Below, piece by piece: positions 1-16,164 of a DNA stretch of 64,000 nt. This DNA comes from Eledone cirrhosa (lineage: Eukaryota): NCBI GenBank assembly GCA_964016885.1, contig OZ024751.1, positions 31,248,001 through 31,312,000 of the forward strand, given 5' to 3'. The notes under the pieces are model-generated. The model searched no databases. It was given only the letters and a program-made list of their open reading frames with translations, and was not told where the DNA came from. Both the position numbers and the translations under genes were made by a program. Numbering within the stretch: position 1 is the stretch's first letter; each line of letters begins with the position of its first letter.

Positions 1-26
1 TTGTAAAAGACACTTGACCAATATGC

Positions 27-2626
27 CACAGTGGGACGAAGTGGTTATATATAGGCAGTGGGACCAGGGTGTTATATATAGGCAGTGGGACCAGGGTGTT
101 ATATATAGGCAGTGGGACCAAGGTGTTATATATAGGCAGTGGGACCAAGGTGTTATATATAGGCAGTGGGACCAAGGTGTTATATATAGGCAGTGGGACG
201 AAGTGGTTATATATAGGCAGTGGGACCAGGGTGTTATATATAGGCAGTGGGACCAAGGTGTTATATATAGGCAGTGGGACCAAGGTGTTATATATAGGCA
301 GTGGGACCAAGGTGTTATATATAGGCAGTGGGACCAAGGTGTTATATATAGGCAGTGGGACCAGGGTGTTATATATAGGCAGTGGGACCAGGGTGTTATA
401 TATAGGCAGTGGGACCAGGGTGTTATATATAGGCAGTGGGACCAGGGTGTTATATATAGGCAGTGGGACCAGGGTGTTATATATAGGCAGTGGGACCAGG
501 GTGTTATATATAGGCAGTGGGACCAGGGTGTTATATATAGGCAGTGGGACTAGGGTGTGATATATAGGCAGTGGGACCAAGGTGTTATATATAAGCAGTG
601 AGACCAGGGTGTTATATATAGGCAGTGGGACCAAGGTGTTATATATAGGCAGTGGGACCAGGGTGTTATATATAGGCAGTGGGACCAGGGTGTTATATAT
701 AGGCAGTGGGACCAAGGTGTTATATATAGGCAGTGGGACCAGGGTGTTATATATAGGCAGTGGGACCAAGGTGTTATATATAAGCAGTGGGACCAGGGTG
801 TTATATATAGGCAGTGGGACCAGGGTGTTATATGTAGGCAGTGGGACCGGGTGTTATATATAGGCAGTGGGACCAGGGTGTTATATATAGGCAGTGGGAC
901 CAAGGTGTTATATATAGGCAGTGGGACCAGGGTTTTATATATAGGCAGTGGGACCAAGGTGTTATATATAGGCAGTGGGACCAGGGTGTTATATATAGAC
1001 AGTGGGACCAGGGTGTTATATATAGGCAGTGGGACCAGGGTGTTATATATAGGCAGTGGGACCAGGGTGTTATATATAGGCAGTGGGACCAGGGTGTTAT
1101 ATATAGGCAGTGGGACCAGGGTGTTATATATAGGCAGTGGGACCAGGGTGTTATATATAGGCAGTGGGACCAGGGTGTTATATATAGGCAGTGGGACTAG
1201 GGTGTCATATATAGGCAGTGGGACCAAGGTGTTATATATAAGCAGTGAGACCAGGGTGTTATATATAGGCAGTGGGACCAAGGTGTTATATATAGGCAGT
1301 GGGACCAGGGTGTTATATATAGGCAGTGGGACCAGGGTGTTATATATAGGCAGTGGGACCAAGGTGTTATATATAGGCAGTGGGACCAGGGTTTTATATA
1401 TAGGCAGTGGGACCAGGGTGTTATATATAGGCAGTGGGACCAGGGTGTTATATATAGGCAGTGGGACCAAGGTGTTATATATAGGCAGTGGGACCAGGGT
1501 GTTATATATAGGCAGTGGGACCAAGGTGTTATATATAGGCAGTGGGACCAAGGTGTTATATATAAGCAGTGGGACCAGGGTGTTATATATAGGCAGTGGG
1601 ACCAGGGTGTTATATATAGGCAGTGGGACCGGGTGTTATATATAGGCAGTGGGACCAGGGTGTTATATATAGGCAGTGGGACCAAGGTGTTATATATAGG
1701 CAGTGGGACCAGGGTTTTATATATAGGCAGTGGGACCAAGGTGTTATATATAGGCAGTGGGACCAGGGTGTTATATATAGACAGTGGGACCAGGGTGTTA
1801 TATATAGGCAGTGGGACCAGGGTGTTATATATAGGCAGTGGGACCAGGGTGTTATATATAGGCAGTGGGACCAGGGTGTTATATATAGGCAGTGGGACCA
1901 GGGTGTTATATATAGGCAGTGGGACCAGGGTGTTATATATAGGCAGTGGGACCAGGGTGTTATATATAGGCAGTGGGACCAGGGTGTTATATATAGGCAG
2001 TGGGACTAGGGTGTGATATATAGGCAGTGGGACCAAGGTGTTATATATAAGCAGTGGGACCAGGGTGTTATATATAGGCAGTGGGACCAAGGTGTTATAT
2101 ATAGGCAGTGGGACCAAGGTGTTATATATAGGCAGTGGGACCAGGGTGTTATATATAGGCAGTGGGACCAGGGTGTTATATATAGGCAGTGGGACCAGGG
2201 TGTTATATATAGGCAGTGGGACCAAGGTGTTATATATAGGCAGTGGGACCAGGGTGTTATATATAGGCAGTGGGACCAGGGTGTTATATATAGGCAGTGG
2301 GACCAGGGTGTTATATATAGGCAGTGGGACCAGGGTGTTATATATAGGCAGTGGGACCAGGGTGTTATATATAGGCAGTGGGACCAGGGTGTTATATATA
2401 GGCAGTGGGACCAGGGTGTTATATATAGGCAGTGGGACCAGGGTGTTATATATAGGCAGTGGGACCAAGGTGTTATATATAGGCAGTGGGACCAGGGTGT
2501 TATATATAGGCAGTGGGACCAGGGTGTTATATATAGGCAGTGGGACCAGGGTGTTATATATAGGCAGTGGGACCAAGGTGTTATATATAGGCAGTGGGAC
2601 CAAGGTGTTATATATAGGCAGTGGGA
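27..2626. repeat. 27-bp minisatellite (GTGTTATATATAGGCAGTGGGACCAGG)n, about 96 copies
   Basis: Direct tandem units with few variants; gives 9-aa repeat pseudo-ORFs in all frames. Confidence 0.97.
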
Positions 2627-2639
2627 AGGGCATCCAGCC

Positions 2640-2892
2640 ATTGCTCAGAGTTGCTGAAGCATGGAACAAACTACCTGCATCAGTTGTTAGACACTGCATT
2701 CTTTAAAACCTCCATTGCTTCCAACACAACACCTGATGTCCCCTGCCCCTCCATACACATGAACACAGGTATTTCATGACTTGTACACTGTTCACTTCCC
2801 TGACATTTGTACATTATTCTATGTACTATACATGCACCTTTGATGAGTTGCAGTGCACCTGAGCACTGTACACAATAATTTCATTATTATTT
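2640..2892 (+). mobile_element. CR1-type LINE 3' end fragment
   Basis: Encodes LRVAEAWNKLPASVV and ends GCACCTGAGCACTGTACACAATAATTTCATTATTAT, matching the minus-strand copy at 52881-53463. Confidence 0.85.
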
Positions 2893-3242
2893 ATATATAT
2901 ATACACACATACACACACACATATATGTATAAACATATATATGTATATACATACATATATACACAGACAGCCACACATATATATATATACACACACACAC
3001 ACTATATATGAGGGAGAGAAAGAGACATTGTAAACATATGACCAGTTAAACACATCCATGTGTTTATTACAGCTCTACCAAACAGTAAGCTCTCATTAAA
3101 CCTGGCATCTGGTCTCACTAAGCTCTGCTCATCTTTTAAATAACAGTCTAGTGTCATCTACACAGATCGGATGAGAGAGAGAGAGAGAGGGAGGGAGAGC
3201 AGGCAACAAACAAGACCAACATCACAATAACGACCATCACAA

Positions 3243-6200
3243 CAACACCAACATCACACCACCACTACAACAGCCAACACCAACATCACACCACCACTAC
3301 AACCGCCAACACCAACATCACACCACCACTACAACAGCCAACACCAACATCACACCACCACTACAACAGCCAACACCAACACCACACCACCACTACAACA
3401 GCCAACATCACACAACCACTACAACAGCCAACACCAACATCACACCACCACTACAACAGCCAACACCAACATCACACCACCACTACAACAGCCAACACCA
3501 ACATCACACCACCACTACAACAGCCAACACCAACATCACACCACCACTACAACCGCCAACACCAACATCACACCACCACTACAACAGCCAACACCAACAT
3601 CACACCACCACTACAACAGCCAACACCAACATCACACCACCACTACAACCGCCAACACCAACATCACACCACCACTACAACAGCCAACACCAACATCACA
3701 CCACCACTACAACCGCCAACACCAACATCACACCACCACTACAACCGCCAACACCAACATCACACCACCACTACAACCGCCAACACCAACATCACACCAC
3801 CACTACAACAGCCAACACCAACATCACACCACCACTACAACAGCCAACACCAACATCACACCACCACTACAACAGCCAACACCAACATCACACCACCACT
3901 ACAACCGCCAACACCAACACCACACCACCACTACAACCGCCAACACCAACACCACACCACCACTACAACAGCCAACACCAACACCACACCACCACTACAA
4001 CAGCCAACATCACACCACCACTACAACAGCCAACACCAACACCACACCACCACTACAACAGCCAACATCACACCACCACTACAACAGCCAACACCAACAC
4101 CACACCACCACTACAACAGCCAACATCACACCACCACTACAACAGCCAACACCAACACCACACCACCACTACAACAGCCAACACCAACATCACCCCACCA
4201 CTACAACAGTCAACACCAACATCACACCACCACTACAACAGCCAACACCAACATCACACCACCACTACAACAGCCAACACCAACACCACACCACCACTAC
4301 AACAGCCAACACCAACATCACACCACCACTACAACAGCCAACACCAACATCACACCACCACTACAACAGTCAACACCAACACCACACCACCACTACAACA
4401 GCCAACACCAACATCACCCCACCACTACAACAGTCAACACCAACATCACACCACCACTACAACAGCCAATACCAACATCACACCACCACTACAACAGCCA
4501 ACACCAACACTACACCACCACTACAACAGCCAACACCAACATCACACCACCACTACAACAGCCAACACCAACACCACACCACCACTACAACAGCCAACAC
4601 CAACATCACACCACCACTACAACAGCCAACACCAACACCACACCACCACTACAACAGCCAACACCAACTCACACCACCACTACAACCGCCAACACCAACA
4701 CCACACCACCACTACAACAGCCAACACCAACTCACACCACCACTACAACCGCCAACACCAACGCCACACCACCACTACAACAGCCAACACCAACACCACA
4801 CCACCACTACAACAGCCAACACCAACTCACACCACCACTACAACCGCCAACACCAACACCACACCACCACTACAACAGCCAACACCAACTCACACCACCA
4901 CTACAACCGCCAACACCAACGCCACACCACCACTACAACAGCCAACACCAACACCACACCACCACTACAACAGCCAACACCAACGCCACACCACCACTAC
5001 AACAGCCAACACCAACGCCACACCACCACTACAACAGCCAACACCAACGCCACACCACCACTACAACAGCCAACACCAACTCACCCCACCACTACAACAG
5101 CCAACACCAACTCACACCACCACTACAACCGCCAACACCAACGCCACACCACCACTACAACAGCCAACACCAACGCCACACCACCACTACAACAGCCAAC
5201 ACCAACTCACACCACCACTACAACAGTCAACACCAACACCACACCACCACTACAACAGCCAACACCAACGCCACACCACCACTACAACAGCCAACACCAA
5301 CACCACACCACCACTACAACAGCCAACACCAACTCACACCACCACTACAACCGCCAACACCAACGCCACACCACCACTACAACAGCCAACACCAACGCCA
5401 CACCACCACTACAACAGCCAACACCAACTCACACCACCACTACAACCGCCAACACCAACGCCACACCACCACTACAACAGCCAACACCAACGCCACACCA
5501 CCACTACAACAGCCAACACCAACACCACACCACCACTACAACAGTCAACACCAACACCACACCACCACTACAACAGCCAACACCAACGCCACACCACCAC
5601 TACAACAGCCAACACCAACTCACACCACCACTACAACCGCCAACACCAACGCCACACCACCACTACAACAGCCAACACCAACGCCACACCACCACTACAA
5701 CAGCCAACACCAACACCACACCACCACTACAACAGTCAACACCAACACCACACCACCACTACAACAGCCAACACCAACGCCACACCACCACTACAACAGC
5801 CAACACCAACTCACACCACCACTACAACCGCCAACACCAACGCCACACCACCACTACAACAGCCAACACCAACGCCACACCACCACTACAACAGCCAACA
5901 CCAACACCACACCACCACTACAACAGTCAACACCAACACCACACCACCACTACAACAGCCAACACCAACATCACACCACCACTACAACAGCCAACACCAA
6001 CATCACACCACCACTACAACCGCCAACACCAACACCACACCACCACTACAACCGCCAACACCAACACCACACCACCACTACAACAGCCAACATCACACCA
6101 CCACTACAACAGCCAACACCAACACCACACCACCACTACAACACCAACATCCACCACTACACCAACACCAACACCACACCCCACCACTACAACAGTCAAC

Positions 6201-6645
6201 CACCAACATCACACCACCACTACAACAGTCAACACCAACATCACACCACCACTCAGCAGCCAACACCAACATCACACCACCACACAACACACACACCACC
6301 CACTACAACAGCAACACCAACATCACACCACCACTACAACAGCACACCAACATCACACCACCACTACAACAGTCAACACCAACACCACACCACCACTACA
6401 ACAGCCAACACCAACATCACACCACCACTACAACAGTCAACACCAACACCACACCACCACTACAACAGCCAACACCAACATCACCCCACCACTACAACAG
6501 TCAACACCAACATCACACCACCACTACAACAGCCAACACCAACATCACACCACCACTACAACAGCCAACACCAACACCACACCACCACTACAACAGCCAA
6601 CACCAACATCACACCACCACTACAACAGCCAACACCAACTCACCC
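3243..6645. repeat. 32-bp C/A-rich minisatellite (CACCACTACAACAGCCAACACCAACATCACAC)n, about 105 copies
   Basis: Direct tandem units with 26/31/32-bp variants. Confidence 0.97.
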
Positions 6646-6794
6646 CACCCCAACCCATAAAGGAAAACAAGACTACTAGAGCCGTCCCCCCCCCCCCGCC
6701 CAGCTGTCCTCCCACCATCCTCTCTATATTCCTTTGTAAAGTATTTGAACTGACCAGAATTGTCAGCTTGTCACTCTCCCCTCCCTCATCACAT

Positions 6795-7251
6795 TTTTAC
6801 ATACATACAAATACACACACATGTACATAGATACACACTACACACATACATGCTTATACACACATACATGCATATATACACATACTACACACACACATGC
6901 ATATACACACATACTACACACACATGCATATACACACACACATTCACTGACACTCCACCCACCTCTGTCATTATCACATCTTTGCACTTACATTATATAT
7001 ACATATATATATACATATATATATACACATACATATATATACACATACATATTTATATATATACATACATATATATACACATACATACATATTTATATAT
7101 ACATATTTATATATATACATACATATATATACACATACATACATATTTATATATACACATATATATATATATACACATATATATATATACACATATATAT
7201 ATACATATATATATATACACATATATATATACATATATATATATACACATA

Positions 7252-7283
<32 letters not shown>

Positions 7284-7868
7284 CACATATATATATATAT
7301 ATATACACATATATATATATATATATACACATATATATATATACACATATATATACACATATATATATATACACATATACACATATATATACACATATAT
7401 ATATATACACATATATATATATACACATATATATATATACACATATATATATATACACATATATATATACACATATATATATACACATATATATATATAC
7501 ACATATATATATATACACATATATATATATACACATATATATATATATACACATATATATATATATACACATATATATATATATACACACGGTGATGATG
7601 ATGATACACATATATATATATATACACATATATATATATATACACATATATATATATATATACACATATATATATATATATACACATATACATATATATA
7701 CACATATACATATATACATAGATATACACATATACACATATATATACACATATACATATATACACATATACATATATACACATATACATATATACACATA
7801 TACATGTATATATACATATATATATACACACACACAGACATTTATACACACACACACATTTATACACA

Positions 7869-7917
<49 letters not shown>

Positions 7918-8006
7918 GTCGAACCCTTGCAAGCAGGGAAAAGCAGACGTAAAATGATGATGAACCCATGCTAGCGTGGAAGAATTGACGTAAAACGGTG
8001 ATGATG

Positions 8007-8051
<45 letters not shown>

Positions 8052-8100
8052 ATATATACAATATATATATATATACACACACACACATTTGTACATATAT
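6795..8100. repeat. (TA)n/(CA)n microsatellite field containing two stacked RTE-type 3' tails (about 7922-8008)
   Basis: Dinucleotide sequence; CCCTTGCAAGCAGGGAAAAGCAGACGTAAAATGATGATG followed by CCCATGCTAGCGTGGAAG...GATGATGA. Confidence 0.9.
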
Positions 8101-8101
8101 A

Positions 8102-8272
8102 CAGTGGCAGACTGGGTCTAAAAATATTGTTTGCCAGGAGATGAAGGGGGCCCACCTACATATAGAATGCTAGCATTGGCCCCTAAAATACATACTACAG
8201 TGGGCCCTGCAATGCTATTGTGGACCCCCTGGGGCCCACTTGCCATTGGGCAACCTGGCCAATCCGCCACTT
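8102..8272. mobile_element. MITE (non-autonomous DNA transposon, probably hAT-like)
   Basis: Imperfect TIRs CAGTGGCAGACTGG / CCAATCCGCCACTT, internal GGGCCC motifs, sits in (TA)n. Confidence 0.65.
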
Positions 8273-8451
8273 CATATATATATACATACACACACACATA
8301 CAAATAACCCATGCTAGCAAGGAAAATGGACGTTAAATGATGATATATACTGTATGCAAAATCTATACAAAATTACAGTCTATCTGTCTTGTGTACAGGT
8401 ATATAATGTATGTGTGTGTGGGCAGACGATGTGCGTGAGTAATCAACCTAC

Positions 8452-8946
8452 TAGTGGTGGTGGTGGTGGGGGTGGTGTGGTGGTGGTGTGGTGGTGGTGG
8501 TGGTTTGGTGGTGGTACTAGTAATGGTGGTGGTGGTGGTGGTTTGGTGATAGTAGTGGTGGTGGTGGTGGTTTGGTGATAGTAGTGGTGGTGGTGGTGGT
8601 TTGGTGATAGTAGTGGTGGTGGTGGTGGCGGTAGTGGTGGTGGCGGTAGTGGTGGTGGTGGTAGTGGTGGTGGTGGTGGTAGTGGTGGTGGTGGTGGTTT
8701 GGTGATAGTAGTGGTGGTGGTGGTGGTGGCGGTAGTAGTGGTGGTGGTGGCAGTAGTAGTGCTGGTGGTGGCAGTAGTAGTGGTGGTGGTGGTGGCAGTA
8801 GTAGTAATGGTGGTGGTGGCGGCGGCAGTAGCAGTAGTGGTGGTGGTGGCGGCAGTAGTAGTAGTGGTGGTGGTGGTGGCAGCGGCAGTAGTAGTAGTAG
8901 TAGTAATAGTGGTGGTGGTTGTGGTGGTGGTGGTGGTTGTGGTAGT
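8452..8946. repeat. (GGT/AGT/GGC)n trinucleotide repeat
   Basis: Direct inspection. Confidence 0.95.
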
Positions 8947-8949
8947 AGA

Positions 8950-9133
8950 AGGGCTTTCCACAGAGTTTCCAGCAACCAAATTCCACACACCTGAGGCAGT
9001 AGGAAACACCTGGCCCAAGGTTTTGTCTGACACAGAGTGTGACTGAACCCTGAACCGACAGGTTGTGAAACATCTGACACACTGTGACTGTACCCTGAAC
9101 CGACAGGTTGTGAAACAAGCTCTTTAACCACCT
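8950..9133 (-). mobile_element. Degenerate tRNA-derived SINE head with an internal tandem duplication
   Basis: Minus strand reads GTGGTTAAAGAGCTTG...GGTTCAGTC...CCTTGGGCCAGGTGT; CCCTGAACCGACAGGTTGTGAAACA occurs twice. Confidence 0.55.
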
Positions 9134-9184
9134 GTTATTTCAAATGTTTTTATTTTATTTTATATATATACATATATATATATA

Positions 9185-9217
<33 letters not shown>

Positions 9218-9265
9218 GGTGTGTATATATATACATATGTATGCTTGTATATATATATATATATT

Positions 9266-9362
9266 CAGAATGTTCCAAAAATATATACACACTTCAACAG
9301 CATTCTAATAAGTATTGCCTGTATAGGTAATCAAAGTGCATACACATTTTTTGGACACCCTG
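9266..9362. mobile_element. Small Tc1/mariner-type MITE relic
   Basis: CAGAATGTTCCAAAAA ... TTTTTGGACACCCTG imperfect TIRs in TA context. Confidence 0.55.
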
Positions 9363-9536
9363 CGTGTGTATGTATATATATATGTGTGCATGTATATATA
9401 TATATGTGTGTGTGTATGTATATATATATATATGTGTGTGTGTGTTGAAATACCAATGAAGGTTGGAAAATCACTGATGAAGGACTATTTTTATCATATG
9501 TAACCCATGTGCAACCACGCAGTTTTCATTCTTCTC

Positions 9537-9582
<46 letters not shown>

Positions 9583-9616
9583 TATGTGTGTGTGTGTATA
9601 TATATATACATATATA

Positions 9617-9665
<49 letters not shown>

Positions 9666-9712
9666 ATATATATATATATATGTGTGTGTGTATATATATA
9701 TATACATATATA

Positions 9713-9771
<59 letters not shown>

Positions 9772-10078
9772 ATATATATATATGAAAGCAAAGTGAAACC
9801 TATTGAAATGTGAACTGCCCTGTCTTCCTCCTCCCCACTCAGCTGCACACCTGAAGTACGAGGTAGATAACAGTCGGCATGTCTCTAGAGAAGTACGAGG
9901 TAAGATAGGGGTGTGGTTTAACAAGGGCATGATCTGCTATAGGGGTGTGGTTTAACAAGGGCATGATCTGCTATAGGGGTGTCACCGCTGGAATGTAAGC
10001 AGTTGGCGTCTGAAATTCTTTCTACACGAAATACTCAACATGAAACTTTTGTTCAACGATATTCATAGTGTATATAAT

Positions 10079-10129
<51 letters not shown>

Positions 10130-10310
10130 CATATAAATATACATATATATACATATATATATATATAAATATACATATATATATATATATAAATATACAT
10201 ATATATATATATAAATATACATATATATATATATAAATATACATGTATATATATATACATATATATATATATAAATATACATATATATATAAATATACAT
10301 ATATATATAC

Positions 10311-10345
<35 letters not shown>

Positions 10346-10409
10346 AATATACATGTATATATATACATATATATATATAAATATACATGTATATATATAC
10401 ATATACATA

Positions 10410-10467
<58 letters not shown>

Positions 10468-10511
10468 CATATAAATATACATATATATATATATATATAC
10501 ATATATATATA

Positions 10512-10682
10512 CGTAGGTCCCGGGTTGAGTCGGGGATAACCACAGTAAGTAAGGTACTCAATACATGGCAGAGTAAAATTTTTTTATTTTATAGAAGGAG
10601 CTTCTACAGGACTAGTACTGTTTCGTTCAGATGAAATCTTAACGAAACAGTACTAGTCCTGTAGAAGCTCCTTCTATAAAAT
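10512..10682. mobile_element. Penelope-like pseudo-LTR fragment with perfect inverted repeat (hammerhead 3' half in both arms)
   Basis: About 42-bp perfect arms (10586-10627 / 10641-10682) carrying GAAACAGTACTAGTCCTGTAGAAG; flank GGATAACCACAGTAAGTAAGGTACTCAATACAT is shared with 38085-38140 and 62967-63027. Confidence 0.75.
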
Positions 10683-13070
<2,388 letters not shown>

Positions 13071-13597
13071 TGGTGGCTGCCAACTCGTTTTCGAGTACGG
13101 CCACTACTTTATATCCATGTAGGAGAACCACTACCGATGCGCTGAACAAGTGTGACTTTTTAGTCCAGCCAGCGACTTGAAAACTCTGGCACAAATACTA
13201 CACTTGTGACAATTATTGACACATAGTGCTGGGCCCATGGTACCATGTGACGACAAGTGCAGAGAGATCTCCAGATATAAAGCAATGCCTGTGCCGTGAA
13301 GCTTTTATAGTGAGCAAAAGCACTGCACAAAGCCAGTCCCACTCTCTTGACCATATATATACACATATAAATATACACATATCTATATATATATATATAT
13401 TTTATTTAGGTTTGTTGGTTTACCACCGGATAGAATTGGTCATTCCGTATGGTCAATCTTGATGCAATATTATGGAGAGTACTCAACGTAGTGCAGTTCA
13501 CCCGTCTTCGTTTGTGTAGTTGGTGGTGCGTATACGGAGTTAATTATAAATAAAGTAACAGGAGGCTGGACTGGTGTAAATCCTTGAAAGGTTTATT

Positions 13598-13655
13598 ATA
13601 CTATGATCATTTCAATGACCGGGTTCCGTATGAATCCAGTGATTTCATCAGGTAT
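13598..13655 (-). ncRNA. Type I hammerhead ribozyme motif (PLE pseudo-LTR)
   Basis: ATAC-CTGATGA-AAT C ACTGG A TTC atacg GAA C CCGGT C ATT-GAAA-TGATCA-TA-GTAT: stem I ATAC/GTAT, palindromic stem III ATGATCAT, AUA site, AATAAA immediately downstream. Confidence 0.85.
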
Positions 13656-13759
13656 TCGAAATATAACAAAGGAATATGTAAAAACCATTGGTCCGAAAAT
13701 CAGAGAGAGAGCATGACTGACCAACTAACTGTTTTCACCTTGGTCCTGTTATTTTATTC

Positions 13760-13795
<36 letters not shown>

Positions 13796-13911
13796 CATAC
13801 ATATATATACATATGTATATACATATGTATATACATATGTATATATATTAGAAAGTGAGGTTTTTTTACAAAATGAAAAATAACCGGTGTTCTACATGAG
13901 TGAAAGTATAA

Positions 13912-14022
13912 AGAAAAAAAGATGAAATCGAAAATGCAACAGGAGTCTTATTTTCAAAAAAAATATATATATTTTTTAAAAAATAAGACTCCAGTTGCAT
14001 TTTCGATTTCATCTTTTTTTCT
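13912..14022. repeat. About 110-bp near-perfect palindrome
   Basis: AAAAGATGAAATCGAAAATGCAACAGGAGTCTTATTTT ... AAAATAAGACTCCAGTTGCATTTTCGATTTCATCTTTT. Confidence 0.9.
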
Positions 14023-14044
14023 ATATATATATATATATATATAT

Positions 14045-14387
14045 TCATTCATTTCATTTCATTTCATTTTACATCCGCTTTTTCCCTGCTTGCAAGGGTG
14101 GGACGGGAACTGATTCTGGCTTGATTTCTACAACTGGATACCCTTCCTAACACCAACCTCATTTACAGTGAGTGCTGGGTGCTTTTTTGCCGTGGCACCT
14201 CCATGACCACTTTGTAGTGGAATGATAGGAACCCCAGTCCTATCATCTCATTTCTACAGCTGAGTAAACTGGAGCAATATGAAATAAAGTGTCTTGCTCA
14301 AGGAAACAACACATCACACGGTCTGAGAATTGAACTCACAATCTTTCGATTGCAAGGCCAATGCTCTAACCACTAAGCCATGTGCCT
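14045..14387 (-). mobile_element. tRNA-derived SINE with RTE-derived 3' tail
   Basis: A box TGGCTTAGTGG, B box GAGTTCAATTC; 3' part matches the 3' UTR of the RTE at 14968-15540; near-identical copy at 53655-53990. Confidence 0.85.
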
Positions 14388-14418
14388 ATATATATATATA
14401 AAAAAGATGAAATCGAAA

Positions 14419-14468
<50 letters not shown>

Positions 14469-14967
14469 GCACATGCATGTATGTATAGTTTTAACAGATG
14501 AAAGGCCTTCTCCTAAGCTGTAAAAAAATCAATCAATAATGATATGTCAGGTAAACTAGGTGAATGTTTGTAAAGCAGTAAGTTAACTAAGCTTAGTCAG
14601 CAAACCGGTTTTCTGTCCTGGTTGTATCAGTTTCGCTTCACTTTTTACATATGTAATTATATCGTTAGTAAAATGTTTTGTTGTTGTTGTTTAACACCAG
14701 GTCAATCCTGACCAAACTGACCTACTATCAAAGGTATTTCACTATTAATTCTCCTGTGTTTTTGCCTATCTATAACTAAGTAGTTCAATATAAAGACACA
14801 CATAGACAGACAGACATCCACACACATCTATATATATATATATCATCATCACCGTTTTATGTATATTCGTCCACGCTAGCATGGGTTAGATGGGTTGTCC
14901 TGTTGTGGGCGACGTTAGGTCGGGTGACCTTGTCTTGCTCATACGAGAACTGATATATATATATATC

Positions 14968-15540
14968 ATCATCATCATCGTTTTACGTCCGTTCTTCCAT
15001 GCTAGCATGGGTTAGACGGGTTGTCCTGTTGTGGGCAATGCCTGATCAGGTGATCATATCTTGCTCATACGGGAACTGATTCTGGCTTGATTTCTACAGC
15101 TGGATGTCCTTCCTAACACCAACCTCATTTACAGTGAGTGCTGGGTGCTTTTTTCCGTGGGACCTCCACGACCACTTTGCAGTGGGAGGGTGTGGGGGCA
15201 TATTGTCTATATGCTTCAGCTTCGGCTTGGTCCTGTGGGGGGGGGGGGGGGTCTTCTGTATTACTATGTGACGCCAGAGGTCACGGTTGTGTGTCATTGC
15301 TCTTGAGAGGTGCAATTGGGTAAAGTCGGCCTTTATCACCTCATCCCAGGTCTTCTTGAGTCTCCCCACTCCGCGGCTTCTATCGACTTCTAGTGCTCTG
15401 CACCTTTTTATGCAGCTGTCATCCTTCATACGCATCACATGTCCATACCAACGTAACCTCCTCTCCTGCACACAGCGTTTGATTCCTCTGATGCTCAGTC
15501 TCTCTCTCAATTTGTATACTTTGCTGTTCGCATATATTAC
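14968..15540 (-). mobile_element. 5'-truncated RTE LINE (ORF C-terminus, 3' UTR, (GAT)n tail)
   Basis: LRERLSIRGIKRCVQERRLRWYGHVMRM...GRLKKTWDEVIKAD; homologous to 42776-43749. Confidence 0.9.
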
Positions 15541-16164
15541 TATTACACATCCATCGGATGTATGTATATATATATATATATACCAAGCTGTAGCCCAGTC
15601 CCCATCTCCTAAATACCACTGAAAAGACAATGGTCAACATGATATTTCAGGGCTAATACCCACTTTTCAAATGTGAAACGGAAACATTTCAAAACAAAAA
15701 TGAACGATCGATGTGCTATTCCTAAACTTGTCTATGTGTCTGAAATATGCATGCATGGAGCCAATATATATATATAGCAAGGAAAACAGACATTAAATGA
15801 TGATGATGATGTTTCAGTTGACAGGGTTTGATTTCTAGTGGCTGCCTTTCTCCCCTTTTTTCCATCTCCAGGAGTAGTTTACCTCATTATTTTCAACTAT
15901 CATTTATAGTGATCAACTATTATTATAATGTCTGCATTGGGATAACTACATTTCAAATATATATCTTTTATCTTTATAGAATGATTTAATCAAACACACT
16001 TCTGTGTATTAATTCTCATTAAATCTGAATTAAATTTCCAGAAATCTGGCATTAACTGCTGTTATATAATTCACATTCAGATCTGAGAAAACTAAGAAGT
16101 ATGTTTCAGTGGTGATAGTAATATAGGTGTATGTTATCAGTGGAGTCTTATCTGTGGCACTATC

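Noticed and set aside
14-2706. Long ORFs (VIYRQWDQG, LYIGSGTRV, PLPIYNTLV repeats) or a CRISPR-like array
   Set aside because: A 27-bp unit is open in several frames by chance; there are no unique spacers, so it is not CRISPR.
9471-9540. CTGATGAAGG possible hammerhead start
   Set aside because: No stem II partner or GAAA follows; at best a truncated relic.
15585-15632. Possible small minus-strand exon (TTTTCAG|TGGTATTTAGGA...)
   Set aside because: Weak donor, no PDZ-like translation, adjacent to an RTE fragment.
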